Shown piece after piece: positions 10,213-19,317 of a stretch of DNA of 57,822 bases. Each line of letters starts with the position of its first letter. Position 1 is the first letter of the stretch. A program made the translations under genes and the position numbers. The notes below the pieces were generated by a model, which did no database searches, was not told where the DNA came from, and was given only the letters and a program-made list of their open reading frames with translations. The stretch covers positions 1 to 57,822 of IMG/VR virus record IMGVR_UViG_3300036885_000101. One strand, written 5' to 3'. This DNA is from a virus (lineage: Duplodnaviria; Caudoviricetes).

Positions 10213-11021
10213 TGAAAGAAATCAGAAATCAGGCGGGGCAATTAATGCAGGAGATTAACGATGAAGGAAAAGTCGTTCGTTACTCCGATATTTCAGGGAA
10301 AGAAAAAGTTCCTGCAACGGAATTGTGCGAGCTATGTCTCAGGCATGGTTCCGATAAATGCGGAAACGGTTACACTGAGTTTTATTCCAGATATTTTGAA
10401 CTGATCAAAACAGAAGTCAAAAAAGTTCTTGAAATCGGAGTTTCCGCTGGCGGTTCAATAAAAATGTGGCATGATTATTTTAAAAACGCCATTATCTACG
10501 GAGTAGATGCGTATCCCGATAATTGCAAGGGAATTCTTCCAGAGAAAGCAACCGAATTGTCTAACGACAGGACAATTATAAGACTTTTTGACCAAAGCAA
10601 AGTTGAAGATGTCGAAAAGTTTGAGTCGACATTTGGCAGAGATTTTGATTTGATATGCGATGATGGATCACACAAACAAAGAGATCAACAAATGTGTTTT
10701 GGAATTCTTTTCAAATTACTTAAACCAGGAAGATTCTATATATGTGAAGATTTAGTCGCGGCCGATGCTATCTATGCAAATCCTGCTTTGCGGTGGGACC
10801 CTACGGATACGGTTCATAACGATAGCACTGCAACATTCTTTGCAAATGCAATCAAAGGAATTTACGCAAGCCAATACATAGCTACGGAGCAGCTTGAATA
10901 TTTGAGACAAAATATCGAATGGATTAAATTTCTTTTTGGTTGTTCAAGTGGCGAACCTCATGCAAATCCTTTTCAATGGGGTGGACCAATTACCGTGCTT
11001 ATAAAGAAAAAGGATGTTTGA
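10212..11021 (+). CDS. Class I SAM-dependent (sugar O-)methyltransferase
   Basis: GSDK..Y, VLEIGV..GGS..MW, FDLICDDGSH and YICED motifs. Confidence 0.85.
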   Translation: MKEIRNQAGQLMQEINDEGKVVRYSDISGKEKVPATELCELCLRHGSDKCGNGYTEFYSRYFELIKTEVKKVLEIGVSAGGSIKMWHDYFKNAIIYGVDAYPDNCKGILPEKATELSNDRTIIRLFDQSKVEDVEKFESTFGRDFDLICDDGSHKQRDQQMCFGILFKLLKPGRFYICEDLVAADAIYANPALRWDPTDTVHNDSTATFFANAIKGIYASQYIATEQLEYLRQNIEWIKFLFGCSSGEPHANPFQWGGPITVLIKKKDV

Positions 11022-11866
11022 TGTATACCTTCGATTTTCTCAGAGAAGTAATTCACGGAGATAAATCCCGCGCTGCCGCCGACATCGTTATTGACGGTGA
11101 ACCGACATACGAACAGGCGCAATTTATCTGCAATAATTCATGCATCATCTTTTGCAAGACCGACTACATTTTCATGCTGTTTGAAATACTTTTAACAAGT
11201 CCTAATAAAAGATACATTCTGATAACGCACAATTCAGACTATGCAATTGATTTCAGGTATTGGGAGAACAAGCCTGACAATATTCTTCGGTGGTACGCTC
11301 TCAATGTGGCGTACAAGCATCCCGACCTTGTGCCTATCCCAAGCGGAATGGAGCGGCCTTTAGGATGTGGATATTCAAGCGATGCAAATGTTCTTTTCGA
11401 GCAAATGCAGAAGCCAAGGACAATAAAAAACCTTGCGTACATGAACCACAATTCAAATAATAATCACGGTGAAAGGGATGTCGTTGACAGCCATTTTGAG
11501 GGCAAGTCCTGGGTAACTGTGAGGAAGCATGGAACTTCTTTCAAGGATTTTATTGAGAATTGCCACAACCATAGCTTTGTTATCTCTCCTCCTGGCAATG
11601 GCATTGATTGTCATCGAACTTGGGAAGCTTTATACATGGGTGCTATACCCATAGTAAAGCGTAGCCTTGTTACTGAGGCTTTTGTTGACTTGCCTATTTT
11701 GATTGTCGAGGATTGGACAACGATCACAGAAGAAATATTGAATATAGTTTTAGAAGAGTTCAAGGAAATGAAATTTAACTATGAAAAATTAACATTGTCC
11801 TATTGGATTAATAGGATAAAATCAGATAAAATTTATTTGAAAGAGGGCGCAAATGAACAAACCTGA
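11021..11866 (+). CDS. Exostosin/GT47-like glycosyltransferase
   Basis: ILITHNSD, PIPSG and FVISPPGNGIDCHRTWEALYMGAIPIV. Confidence 0.8.
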   Translation: MYTFDFLREVIHGDKSRAAADIVIDGEPTYEQAQFICNNSCIIFCKTDYIFMLFEILLTSPNKRYILITHNSDYAIDFRYWENKPDNILRWYALNVAYKHPDLVPIPSGMERPLGCGYSSDANVLFEQMQKPRTIKNLAYMNHNSNNNHGERDVVDSHFEGKSWVTVRKHGTSFKDFIENCHNHSFVISPPGNGIDCHRTWEALYMGAIPIVKRSLVTEAFVDLPILIVEDWTTITEEILNIVLEEFKEMKFNYEKLTLSYWINRIKSDKIYLKEGANEQT

Positions 11867-12431
11867 TTTTGGCCGTGATCGGTTCGAGGGGCAAATGAAT
11901 CCTTCGGAACGGGAGATTCTTTACGACTTGGTTTTGCAGGAAAGGCCTGATGTGGTCTGCGAGATTGGAACGTGTCGCGGCGGTGGATCAACATATTTCA
12001 TTGCAAAGGCATTGCATGCCAATGGAAAAGGAAAGCTCTATACTTGCGAGAATAACAAAGAATACTATGAATACGCTCGGGCTCTTTATGCCGGTAATCC
12101 TGATTTTGCAGGGCTTGAGGAATATGTACGCTTTCATTTTGGAGATAGCGAATATTGCTTTCATCGAATATTTGAAGGTGGTTTTGATGGTGGCATTGAC
12201 ATCGTTTTTCTCGACGGCGGCGCGGACTCAATAAAAATGGTCTATGACTTTGCAATGTTCCGGCCATACATACCGATAGGAAAATGGCTTGTTATGCACG
12301 ATTGGAACAACGGGAAAAGCGATTACATAAAGCCGATATTGAATGATGATAAAGATTGGAAATTCGTCAAGCAAGAAATCGGTCTTGTTGTTTTTCAGCG
12401 CATTGCTGACATTCACGGGAGCAATTCATGA
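11853..12431 (+). CDS. Class I SAM methyltransferase (Methyltransf_24-like)
   Basis: VCEIGTCRGGGST, IDIVFLDG, VMHD. Confidence 0.85.
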   Translation: MNKPDFGRDRFEGQMNPSEREILYDLVLQERPDVVCEIGTCRGGGSTYFIAKALHANGKGKLYTCENNKEYYEYARALYAGNPDFAGLEEYVRFHFGDSEYCFHRIFEGGFDGGIDIVFLDGGADSIKMVYDFAMFRPYIPIGKWLVMHDWNNGKSDYIKPILNDDKDWKFVKQEIGLVVFQRIADIHGSNS

Positions 12432-13597
12432 AAACAAGGCTTGCCCTAAATATTATCGTTGGAGCCGGTGACGGCCCTGTTCTTAATCGCCTTATGTCAT
12501 CATATGACATGAAGAAATTATTTGATGAAATTGTCATTGTAAGAACAACGGACGATCAGGAAGTCATTTCGGTCATTAACCAATATGCCGACAAAACAAC
12601 CAAGTTTGAATGGAATACCGAAGACTTTCCTAAAGGGAACTTCGGCGGCGCTCGTGATGCGGCAAGGCTTCTGACCAATTCGGAATGGATCATGTGGCTT
12701 GATTCAGATGATATGCTCGCTTCCGAAGAGGATATGGAAAAAATATTTACTAAGATAAAATCAATGCTCGCCGCTAATTCTGACCGCGATTATTTCGTGT
12801 TACCGTACATCCTTGGCATCTCCGATAAAGGTGAACCGATGAATGTTATTTCTAGGGAGCGTATTTTCAAACGAGAATCTACAATCAAATGGGTAAAACC
12901 TATTCATGAACAACTGACAATAAATACCGAAATACACAAGCGGGCTGACTTGAACGGCCTTGATATTCTGCATTGCCCGGTAAAGACCGGCGAACAAAGC
13001 GCGTCAAGAAACATCGAAATACTTGAAAACGAATATCTGAAACCGAATAGAGAGCGGCACGACGCTTTTTATTATGGCCGTGATCTTATCCAGTTGGATA
13101 AGTGGGAGAACGCTATTTCGATCCTTGTTGATTTCATTGAGACCGCCAATGAAGATTTGAGCTGCGTTTACGATGCTTCTTTGCTCATTGCAAAGTTTTT
13201 CATGTACAAGCAATTGCCGGACAAAAAACAGACCTCGCTTTGCGAAACTACGTCACCAATTGCCGAACAGTACGCGAGGATATGCCTATCAATAACGGAA
13301 TCGAATGCGGAGCCTTATACCGTCCTTGGCGATGTTTACATATCGCAGAGACGAAATAGGGATGCAATCAGGATGTTCAAGCAGGCAATGACAAAGCAGT
13401 TCGGGACCGGGAGCCTGCAAGACCGCTCGTTCTACGAGGAAATGCCAGCACGAAGGCTTGCCGAATTGTTTGTCTGGGAGAACGAACTTGAGCAAGCGAT
13501 ATGGTATAACAAAGTGGCAATGAAGCATTGTCCCGAAGATAAGAACTTGATTGAACAGCGAAAAAAGATCATCACCAAATTGCAAGAAACGGTATGA
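12428..13597 (+). CDS. GT2 glycosyltransferase with C-terminal TPR repeats
   Basis: FGGARDAA..WIMWLDSDD, W..PIHEQL, FYYGRD, TPR-like helices. Confidence 0.88.
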   Translation: MKTRLALNIIVGAGDGPVLNRLMSSYDMKKLFDEIVIVRTTDDQEVISVINQYADKTTKFEWNTEDFPKGNFGGARDAARLLTNSEWIMWLDSDDMLASEEDMEKIFTKIKSMLAANSDRDYFVLPYILGISDKGEPMNVISRERIFKRESTIKWVKPIHEQLTINTEIHKRADLNGLDILHCPVKTGEQSASRNIEILENEYLKPNRERHDAFYYGRDLIQLDKWENAISILVDFIETANEDLSCVYDASLLIAKFFMYKQLPDKKQTSLCETTSPIAEQYARICLSITESNAEPYTVLGDVYISQRRNRDAIRMFKQAMTKQFGTGSLQDRSFYEEMPARRLAELFVWENELEQAIWYNKVAMKHCPEDKNLIEQRKKIITKLQETV

Positions 13598-14097
13598 CTA
13601 TGATTTCCGTCAAAGACAATATCGCCGATGCAATCCAGTACGGGCTTTTACAAATAACTAAAGCCAACGGGTATGCAAATGACATTGTCCGCGTGTATGA
13701 TCCCCCGGTGGACATTGGAGCAATGCAGGAATTTCCATGCTTCAATTATTTCGAAGGAATGGATGATTGCACGAATGTTTCAAGTCCTGGATCACATCAA
13801 CAGACAGGCGGAAACCAGGCGAAACTATTTAATGAATTTGTTGTCGAACTTGATGGATATGTCAATGTTGTTGGTTCGGCAAGAAAAACAAGAAATAGCT
13901 TGCTTGCCGACGTTGAAAAATATATCGGCAACCACTGGAACTTGCCGGATTCAAACGGTGTTCCTTCTGCATTCAATTGCATGTATCTAAGCAGTGCGCC
14001 TTTCGGGGAACAGGTCAATTCCCCGCAAACAGGAATGACAATACGGTTGAAAGTTTGGTATGACCAGAAGCTTACCGATCCGAAATTACGAGGGTAG
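13594..14097 (+). CDS. Tail terminator/completion protein
   Basis: ITKANGYANDI..VY motif; precedes the tail tube gene. Confidence 0.7.
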   Translation: MTMISVKDNIADAIQYGLLQITKANGYANDIVRVYDPPVDIGAMQEFPCFNYFEGMDDCTNVSSPGSHQQTGGNQAKLFNEFVVELDGYVNVVGSARKTRNSLLADVEKYIGNHWNLPDSNGVPSAFNCMYLSSAPFGEQVNSPQTGMTIRLKVWYDQKLTDPKLRG

Positions 14098-14120
14098 AAT
14101 AATATAAAAGGAGATGCTCT

Positions 14121-15098
14121 ATGAGCGGATTCTTAGTCATCAAAAGAACCATGGGGTGCAAGATCGAGAGCACTCCTTATACTGCGGAAACACTCGCGGT
14201 AGCCGATTACAATGTATCGGCGTACAACATCAACTACGATCCGACGATTGCGGAATATGCCCGCAAGCTCGCTCGTGGTGACGCTTCACGAGATCCATCG
14301 ATCATGGGTAAGAGAAGCGGGAAGATCACGTTTTCCGTTGATGTGACCGTGGGCGCTGCGGCGGCAACGGCTCCGAACTATTTCAAATGCTTGCAGGCAT
14401 GCGGACTGAAACAGACGACCTTCGGTGCGGTTGGAGTTAGCCTTGTCACGGATGCACGATATTTTAACGTGCCGATGACAATGGAAGTGGTCGAAATGGA
14501 CGAGGGCGCGTCCCCGGCACAGCTCACGATTAAGTTCCGCGGGTGCATGGGTAATGCCAAGCTCTTGACCAATGGCGTGGGATTGCCGAAGCGCATTGAT
14601 TTTGAGTTTACCGGTGTATTACAGAACGTCCAGGACCGGACTTTTGCAAACCAGATCATGCCCACAGGCTTCGATGCGGCCCTTCCCCAGGCGGTTCTGG
14701 CATGTACTACGTCGCTTTTCACGGAGTCTCAGAACTTCGACAAAATCACGATTGACCTTGGAAACAAAGTTGAATTGTGGACGGACTCGACGAAGGCGGA
14801 AGGCTTCGAAGGGGCGCGTATCGTTGACCGGGAGCCGACTATAGAACTGGACCCGGCGATGTCCCTGATAGCCACAAACGGCAACTACGCGCGCTTGACG
14901 GGCAATTCGACCGGTGCTTATTCCGAGACCATCGGCGGCGGAACGATACCGATAACGATCTCGGCGCCGAAAGCCCAGATCATCCAGGCATACAAGCCAG
15001 GAGACCGTGAGGGAAGGACGATTAACACGATCAAGTGCAAGCTCCAGCGGAATCTCGGAAACGATGAATTGGAGATATTACAGGGAGCGAAGGCGTAA
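14121..15098 (+). CDS. Major tail tube protein
   Basis: KIESTPY start, LQACG, FRGCMGN..FEFTG, DLGNKV; position before chaperone and tape measure. Confidence 0.85.
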   Translation: MSGFLVIKRTMGCKIESTPYTAETLAVADYNVSAYNINYDPTIAEYARKLARGDASRDPSIMGKRSGKITFSVDVTVGAAAATAPNYFKCLQACGLKQTTFGAVGVSLVTDARYFNVPMTMEVVEMDEGASPAQLTIKFRGCMGNAKLLTNGVGLPKRIDFEFTGVLQNVQDRTFANQIMPTGFDAALPQAVLACTTSLFTESQNFDKITIDLGNKVELWTDSTKAEGFEGARIVDREPTIELDPAMSLIATNGNYARLTGNSTGAYSETIGGGTIPITISAPKAQIIQAYKPGDREGRTINTIKCKLQRNLGNDELEILQGAKA

Positions 15099-15106
15099 AG
15101 TGAAAA

Positions 15107-15174
15107 AGACCAAGGGGACGAGCAAATGCTTGAAAGATTCCATGCCCTCATCTTTCCCCCTTGGTTTCTTTTTA
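15107..15174 (+). terminator. Long hairpin/terminator after the tail tube gene
   Basis: ACCAAGGGG (15109) pairs with CCCCTTGGT (15157), followed by a T-run. Confidence 0.55.
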
Positions 15175-15212
15175 ATTACCGCGACAGGGCACGCGGATAA
15201 ATGGAGGGCGTG

Positions 15213-15680
15213 ATGGAAACCAAAGACGTAATTTTGGCCGACGAAATGAAGGCAAGGCTCAAGGACTTTTTGGGCTTTGATGTGGAGGCGACTTTCCCCT
15301 ATGTGCCTCTGGCATTCAGGGGTAAGGACATTCCGAATGAATTGAAACCGGTGTTCACGCTGCGGTCAAAGAACGGCCTTGACGTGGCAAAGGCGGAAGA
15401 CTCATCCGGTTACTTCGAATACGATGCCGCTGAAAAAGGAAAATCAAAGCTTGTCATGCAGAGCGGTTCGGCGCGTATCGAAACGCTGCGGAAAGGGATC
15501 GTGAAGATTAAGAACTTCATCCTTGAAAATGGTAAGTCGCTGAGTTTCGACTCGGCAGAAAAGAACGCGAACATTGACCCGATCATAGCAAAGATCAGGC
15601 CAAAGCTTCAAGTCGAATTACAGGAAGCAATCAACGAGCGGGCCGTTATGGCTCCCGAGGAGTTGTTGGGTTTAGAATAA
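15213..15680 (+). CDS. Tail assembly chaperone (G)
   Basis: Between tail tube and tape measure; GGAGGG RBS before ATG 15213; slippery site at its end. Confidence 0.75.
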   Translation: METKDVILADEMKARLKDFLGFDVEATFPYVPLAFRGKDIPNELKPVFTLRSKNGLDVAKAEDSSGYFEYDAAEKGKSKLVMQSGSARIETLRKGIVKIKNFILENGKSLSFDSAEKNANIDPIIAKIRPKLQVELQEAINERAVMAPEELLGLE

Positions 15681-16024
15681 TCGCAGGATTTCACGCCGGG
15701 ATATTTAAAGGAAAATTCGAATGCGCAAAATGCAGAGAGAACAAAACCTTTCCCGTCGTATGGGGCTGCGAAAAGAAAGCCAGGATGTCTATTCCCCCGT
15801 TCGAGGAAATCGAAAATGGAGTTCATTTCAGGTATTGGAATTGTCCGAGCAAATTTATACCGGAATCAGTGGAAAACTTTTTGATGCTTTACAAGTATTA
15901 CAAGGATTTCCCCAGCGCTCCAATGCCAGGTATAAAGGATGTTTCAATTAGATTTTTCATTGCGTACCGGTATTACGAGAACAAGATGAATGAGTTCAAG
16001 ATCAAAATAATGGAGACCAAATGA
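15668..16024 (+). CDS. Tail assembly chaperone extension (T), reached by -1 frameshift
   Basis: G-GGT-TTA at 15668-15674; the -1 frame stays open for 39 codons into ORF 15785-16024. Confidence 0.75.
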   Translation, partial: GFRIIAGFHAGIFKGKFECAKCRENKTFPVVWGCEKKARMSIPPFEEIENGVHFRYWNCPSKFIPESVENFLMLYKYYKDFPSAPMPGIKDVSIRFFIAYRYYENKMNEFKIKIMETK

Positions 16025-18036
16025 GTGACAATCCCGAACTGTCGGTTGAAGCGAGATTGATTGACTATATTTCAGCGAACCTAAATACTATTACGCGGAA
16101 TATTCAGCAGTTCGAAACTACGTCAAGTTCATCATTTGGAAACTTCTCAAATTCAGCCGATAAGGCCAATGATGCCGCCACAGATTTGGCGGGTTCTATT
16201 GGAAACAATCTTACGCGTTCTGTCATTGGCCTTGCTACTGGTTTTGCCGGAGTTGCTTCTATTGGGATGTTCATAGGAAAAATGCAGGAAGCATACAAAG
16301 AGGCAAAGAAATTGCAAGAGGCGAACATTCAATTGACTGCTGCAATTGGATATTATTCCAGCGGACTGAATGAACAGGCTATGCAACTTTCAAAAGTTCA
16401 TAACATGGAAGAAACGAGCATTATTCAAGCACAAGAACGCCTTGGAAATTACATCAAAGAAGAAGCAACAATAAAAGCTCTTATTCCGGCAATTATGAAC
16501 CTTGCCGCCGCAAAGGGAATTGATCTTGCCCGCGCCGCCGATATTGTTGGACGGTCAATTGAAGGCAACGAAAAAACAATGGGTCGTTACGGAATCACAA
16601 TGGAAGGCGCGGCGGGAAGTGCCGAAAAAGCAGCGTCGGCATTAAAAGGATTGAATGAAAAATTTCTCGGACAAAGGGAAGCTTTAGATGAAACCGTTTC
16701 AGGGTGGGATAGGCTTTGGAAAAAGGCAAGTGATTATTTGAAAGTAGTCGGGTCAATATTTACAGCGGAAACGCAGCAAGAAAAATATGAACAAGACAAG
16801 AAAATGCTCGCCGATCCCAAAAGGGTAAAATACGGTGATCCTGAAATAATTAAAGAGGCGCAGGATTTCGTCACGAAGTTTGAGGCTGATAATAATAAAA
16901 AGCGTGCCGATGCCGAAGAAGAATTAAAAAAAGAAACAGCCAAAAGAACAGAAGAAGAAACTGAAAAACTTCGTGAACAATATTGGAAGATGACTGATGA
17001 TGGAAAATTAAAACTTCTCAACAAAGAAATGACCGACGAGATTGAATCACACAAAAACAATGAAGAACAAATTACATTAATAAAACTTAGATATGCGAAA
17101 GAACGGGCGGATTTACTCGCATCGCAAGGAAAGAAAGACTTTGAGAACGCCGGGACTGGTGTTAAAAAGGCAATAAACACTTCCCCGGCGGCGGGCTACC
17201 AAAAAGGTACGAATTCTTTCAATGTCGATAACGCTTATGATTCAGGAATGGCTTTCTTGAAAACAGTTGATATCTCAAAAACTGAAGAGCAACTTAAACA
17301 AGCAGAAGATATGCGTAAACGGTTTTTAGATTTTCAAGAACAGATGAATGGTAGGCAAGTCAATTTAAACAATATGAACGATAAAGAACAAGAAACTTTT
17401 TATGCTACATTGCTTAAAGAAAATCAGGCATATTACGATCAATCGTTGATTACTTATGAAGAGTATCTTAAAAATAAAGATATTCTTTCTGGAAAAGAAA
17501 TTAGCATTCAAGATAAAAAAAGAAAAGTCATCCTTGAAATAACGGCGGCAGAAACAGCCGCCATGATGACTGGATATGACAAGGGTCGTATGGATATGAA
17601 AAAAGGGATGAAGGCAATGCTTGATTTGGCTGTTGATTATATAGAAAAATGGGCATTAGCTGCCGTCGCTGCAAATGTTGCAAAGAACGAGACTGCTTAT
17701 GGATATATAGCTGGAACAGTTTTAAGTATTGCAGAAACTGCCGCTATTGTCGCTGGTGCCGCTGTGGCTAAGGGAGGAATAGATAGTTTCGCCATAGGCA
17801 CCCGTGACGCTCCTGGCGGTCTTGCCTATGTCCACAAAGATGAATTGATAAATCTCCCTGCTCATTCACAAGTATACACGAAGCAGGAAACAAAGCAGAT
17901 GATGGGCGATACGGTTCATTTCAATTTCTATGGCAATACTGATTCGACAACCGTTGATAATATTCAATCAATGCTGATTGAGGCAAACCGAACCGGAAAA
18001 CTGAAACGCTTTAAAAGCATAATGCAGAACGATTAA
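16021..18036 (+). CDS. Tail tape measure protein
   Basis: 671 aa, helical, Ala/Glu/Lys-rich; C-terminal FAIGT..PGGLAYVHKDELI. Confidence 0.92.
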   Translation: MSDNPELSVEARLIDYISANLNTITRNIQQFETTSSSSFGNFSNSADKANDAATDLAGSIGNNLTRSVIGLATGFAGVASIGMFIGKMQEAYKEAKKLQEANIQLTAAIGYYSSGLNEQAMQLSKVHNMEETSIIQAQERLGNYIKEEATIKALIPAIMNLAAAKGIDLARAADIVGRSIEGNEKTMGRYGITMEGAAGSAEKAASALKGLNEKFLGQREALDETVSGWDRLWKKASDYLKVVGSIFTAETQQEKYEQDKKMLADPKRVKYGDPEIIKEAQDFVTKFEADNNKKRADAEEELKKETAKRTEEETEKLREQYWKMTDDGKLKLLNKEMTDEIESHKNNEEQITLIKLRYAKERADLLASQGKKDFENAGTGVKKAINTSPAAGYQKGTNSFNVDNAYDSGMAFLKTVDISKTEEQLKQAEDMRKRFLDFQEQMNGRQVNLNNMNDKEQETFYATLLKENQAYYDQSLITYEEYLKNKDILSGKEISIQDKKRKVILEITAAETAAMMTGYDKGRMDMKKGMKAMLDLAVDYIEKWALAAVAANVAKNETAYGYIAGTVLSIAETAAIVAGAAVAKGGIDSFAIGTRDAPGGLAYVHKDELINLPAHSQVYTKQETKQMMGDTVHFNFYGNTDSTTVDNIQSMLIEANRTGKLKRFKSIMQND

Positions 18037-18038
18037 TT

Positions 18039-19316
18039 ATGTCTGATTTCACATATACACTTTCTGGCGGAAACGCTACAATAACCGGGTATACCGGGGC
18101 GGGTGGTGCTGTCACAGTTCCATCAACAATTGATGGATACCCTGTTATTGCTATTGGAGATAATGCTTTTTATGGAAATGCTTTAATTACTCATGTGATT
18201 ATTTCAAGCGGAATAACAACTATTGGACAAAGTGCATTTTCTGGATGTCCTTATTTGGTTGATGTAATTATCTCGGCAACAATTACGCATTTAGGAAATT
18301 GGGCAATTAATTATTGTCCCAATCTTCTTTCTGTCACATTTTTAGGCTCTGTTCCTCCATCTCTTGATGGTGGGGTATTCGACGGTGAACATGCTGGATT
18401 TATAATTTATTATCAGCCTGGTCCATTATGGACAAATCCTTGGCATGGATACCCTACTTCACCTATTCTTTTGCCTGATGGAAAAATGAGATTTACCGAC
18501 AATAATGGTAACACTGTTGACGTTACGATACCCGAATACGGGTACAAATCTGTAATATCTTTTCCGTTTGACATTGACACGCTTGATACTGGAATAAAAA
18601 CAGTATTCGCCTATGATAATACGCTCGACAAATACCATTGTGAATGTGATTTGATTCTCAATGAAACTGATATGCTTTCCTTCAATTCATGGATGAAAGA
18701 TGCAGCACTTGGAAGGGCAAAGAATAATTGCACTTTACAGATGAATGCTAATTCGGGGTTTTTTCCTTTCACGCCGTTGCATGGAGATGCGGGAATATTC
18801 ACTGTAGGAATATTGGTATCAAAATCCGAAAAGGTTCAAGATAACCCTTTCAGATATTTCAAGATTTCAATATCAATTTTCAAGCAAAGTACATTCCCAG
18901 CATATACATTGCAGAGTCAAATAAACGAGGGAAGTTTATCAATTGGAACTGTGAACAATATCCGCTTTCCTGAAAGTTATTTCGACTCCGATGAGGATAA
19001 TTCAATACAGAGCAACGTCGATGAGAGCGGGACATTGAATTTTATTGACCGTGGTCGCATTGCTTCATCGTGGAGAACAGCAATAAAGCTTTCGGCCGGA
19101 ACCGGAAAGGCGGCGGCAATCCTGGATTACCTTATCAATACGGCTCGCGCCGGAAACTTTGCTTTGACTACTCAGGCATACCATTATGCCTTCGGACGCG
19201 ACAAGGGAAGCAATTCAGCGTATACGGTTTCATTAATACAAGATAGCATCGAAGTGACTCATGAGCTTTTCAATAAATTTGTTTTCGATCTTAACGTACA
19301 ATACATAGCAGGTTGA
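18039..19316 (+). CDS. BspA-type LRR domain fused to a distal-tail-like protein
   Basis: ATITGYTG..VTVPSTIDGYPVIAIGDNAF..ITTIGQSAFSGC repeats; follows the tape measure. Confidence 0.7.
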   Translation: MSDFTYTLSGGNATITGYTGAGGAVTVPSTIDGYPVIAIGDNAFYGNALITHVIISSGITTIGQSAFSGCPYLVDVIISATITHLGNWAINYCPNLLSVTFLGSVPPSLDGGVFDGEHAGFIIYYQPGPLWTNPWHGYPTSPILLPDGKMRFTDNNGNTVDVTIPEYGYKSVISFPFDIDTLDTGIKTVFAYDNTLDKYHCECDLILNETDMLSFNSWMKDAALGRAKNNCTLQMNANSGFFPFTPLHGDAGIFTVGILVSKSEKVQDNPFRYFKISISIFKQSTFPAYTLQSQINEGSLSIGTVNNIRFPESYFDSDEDNSIQSNVDESGTLNFIDRGRIASSWRTAIKLSAGTGKAAAILDYLINTARAGNFALTTQAYHYAFGRDKGSNSAYTVSLIQDSIEVTHELFNKFVFDLNVQYIAG

Positions 19317-19317
19317 T

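Noticed and set aside
5370-13597. DNA hypermodification role for the GT cluster
   Set aside because: Disfavoured rather than excluded: no base hydroxymethylase, TET/JBP or DNA polymerase seen, and the cluster is in the structural operon
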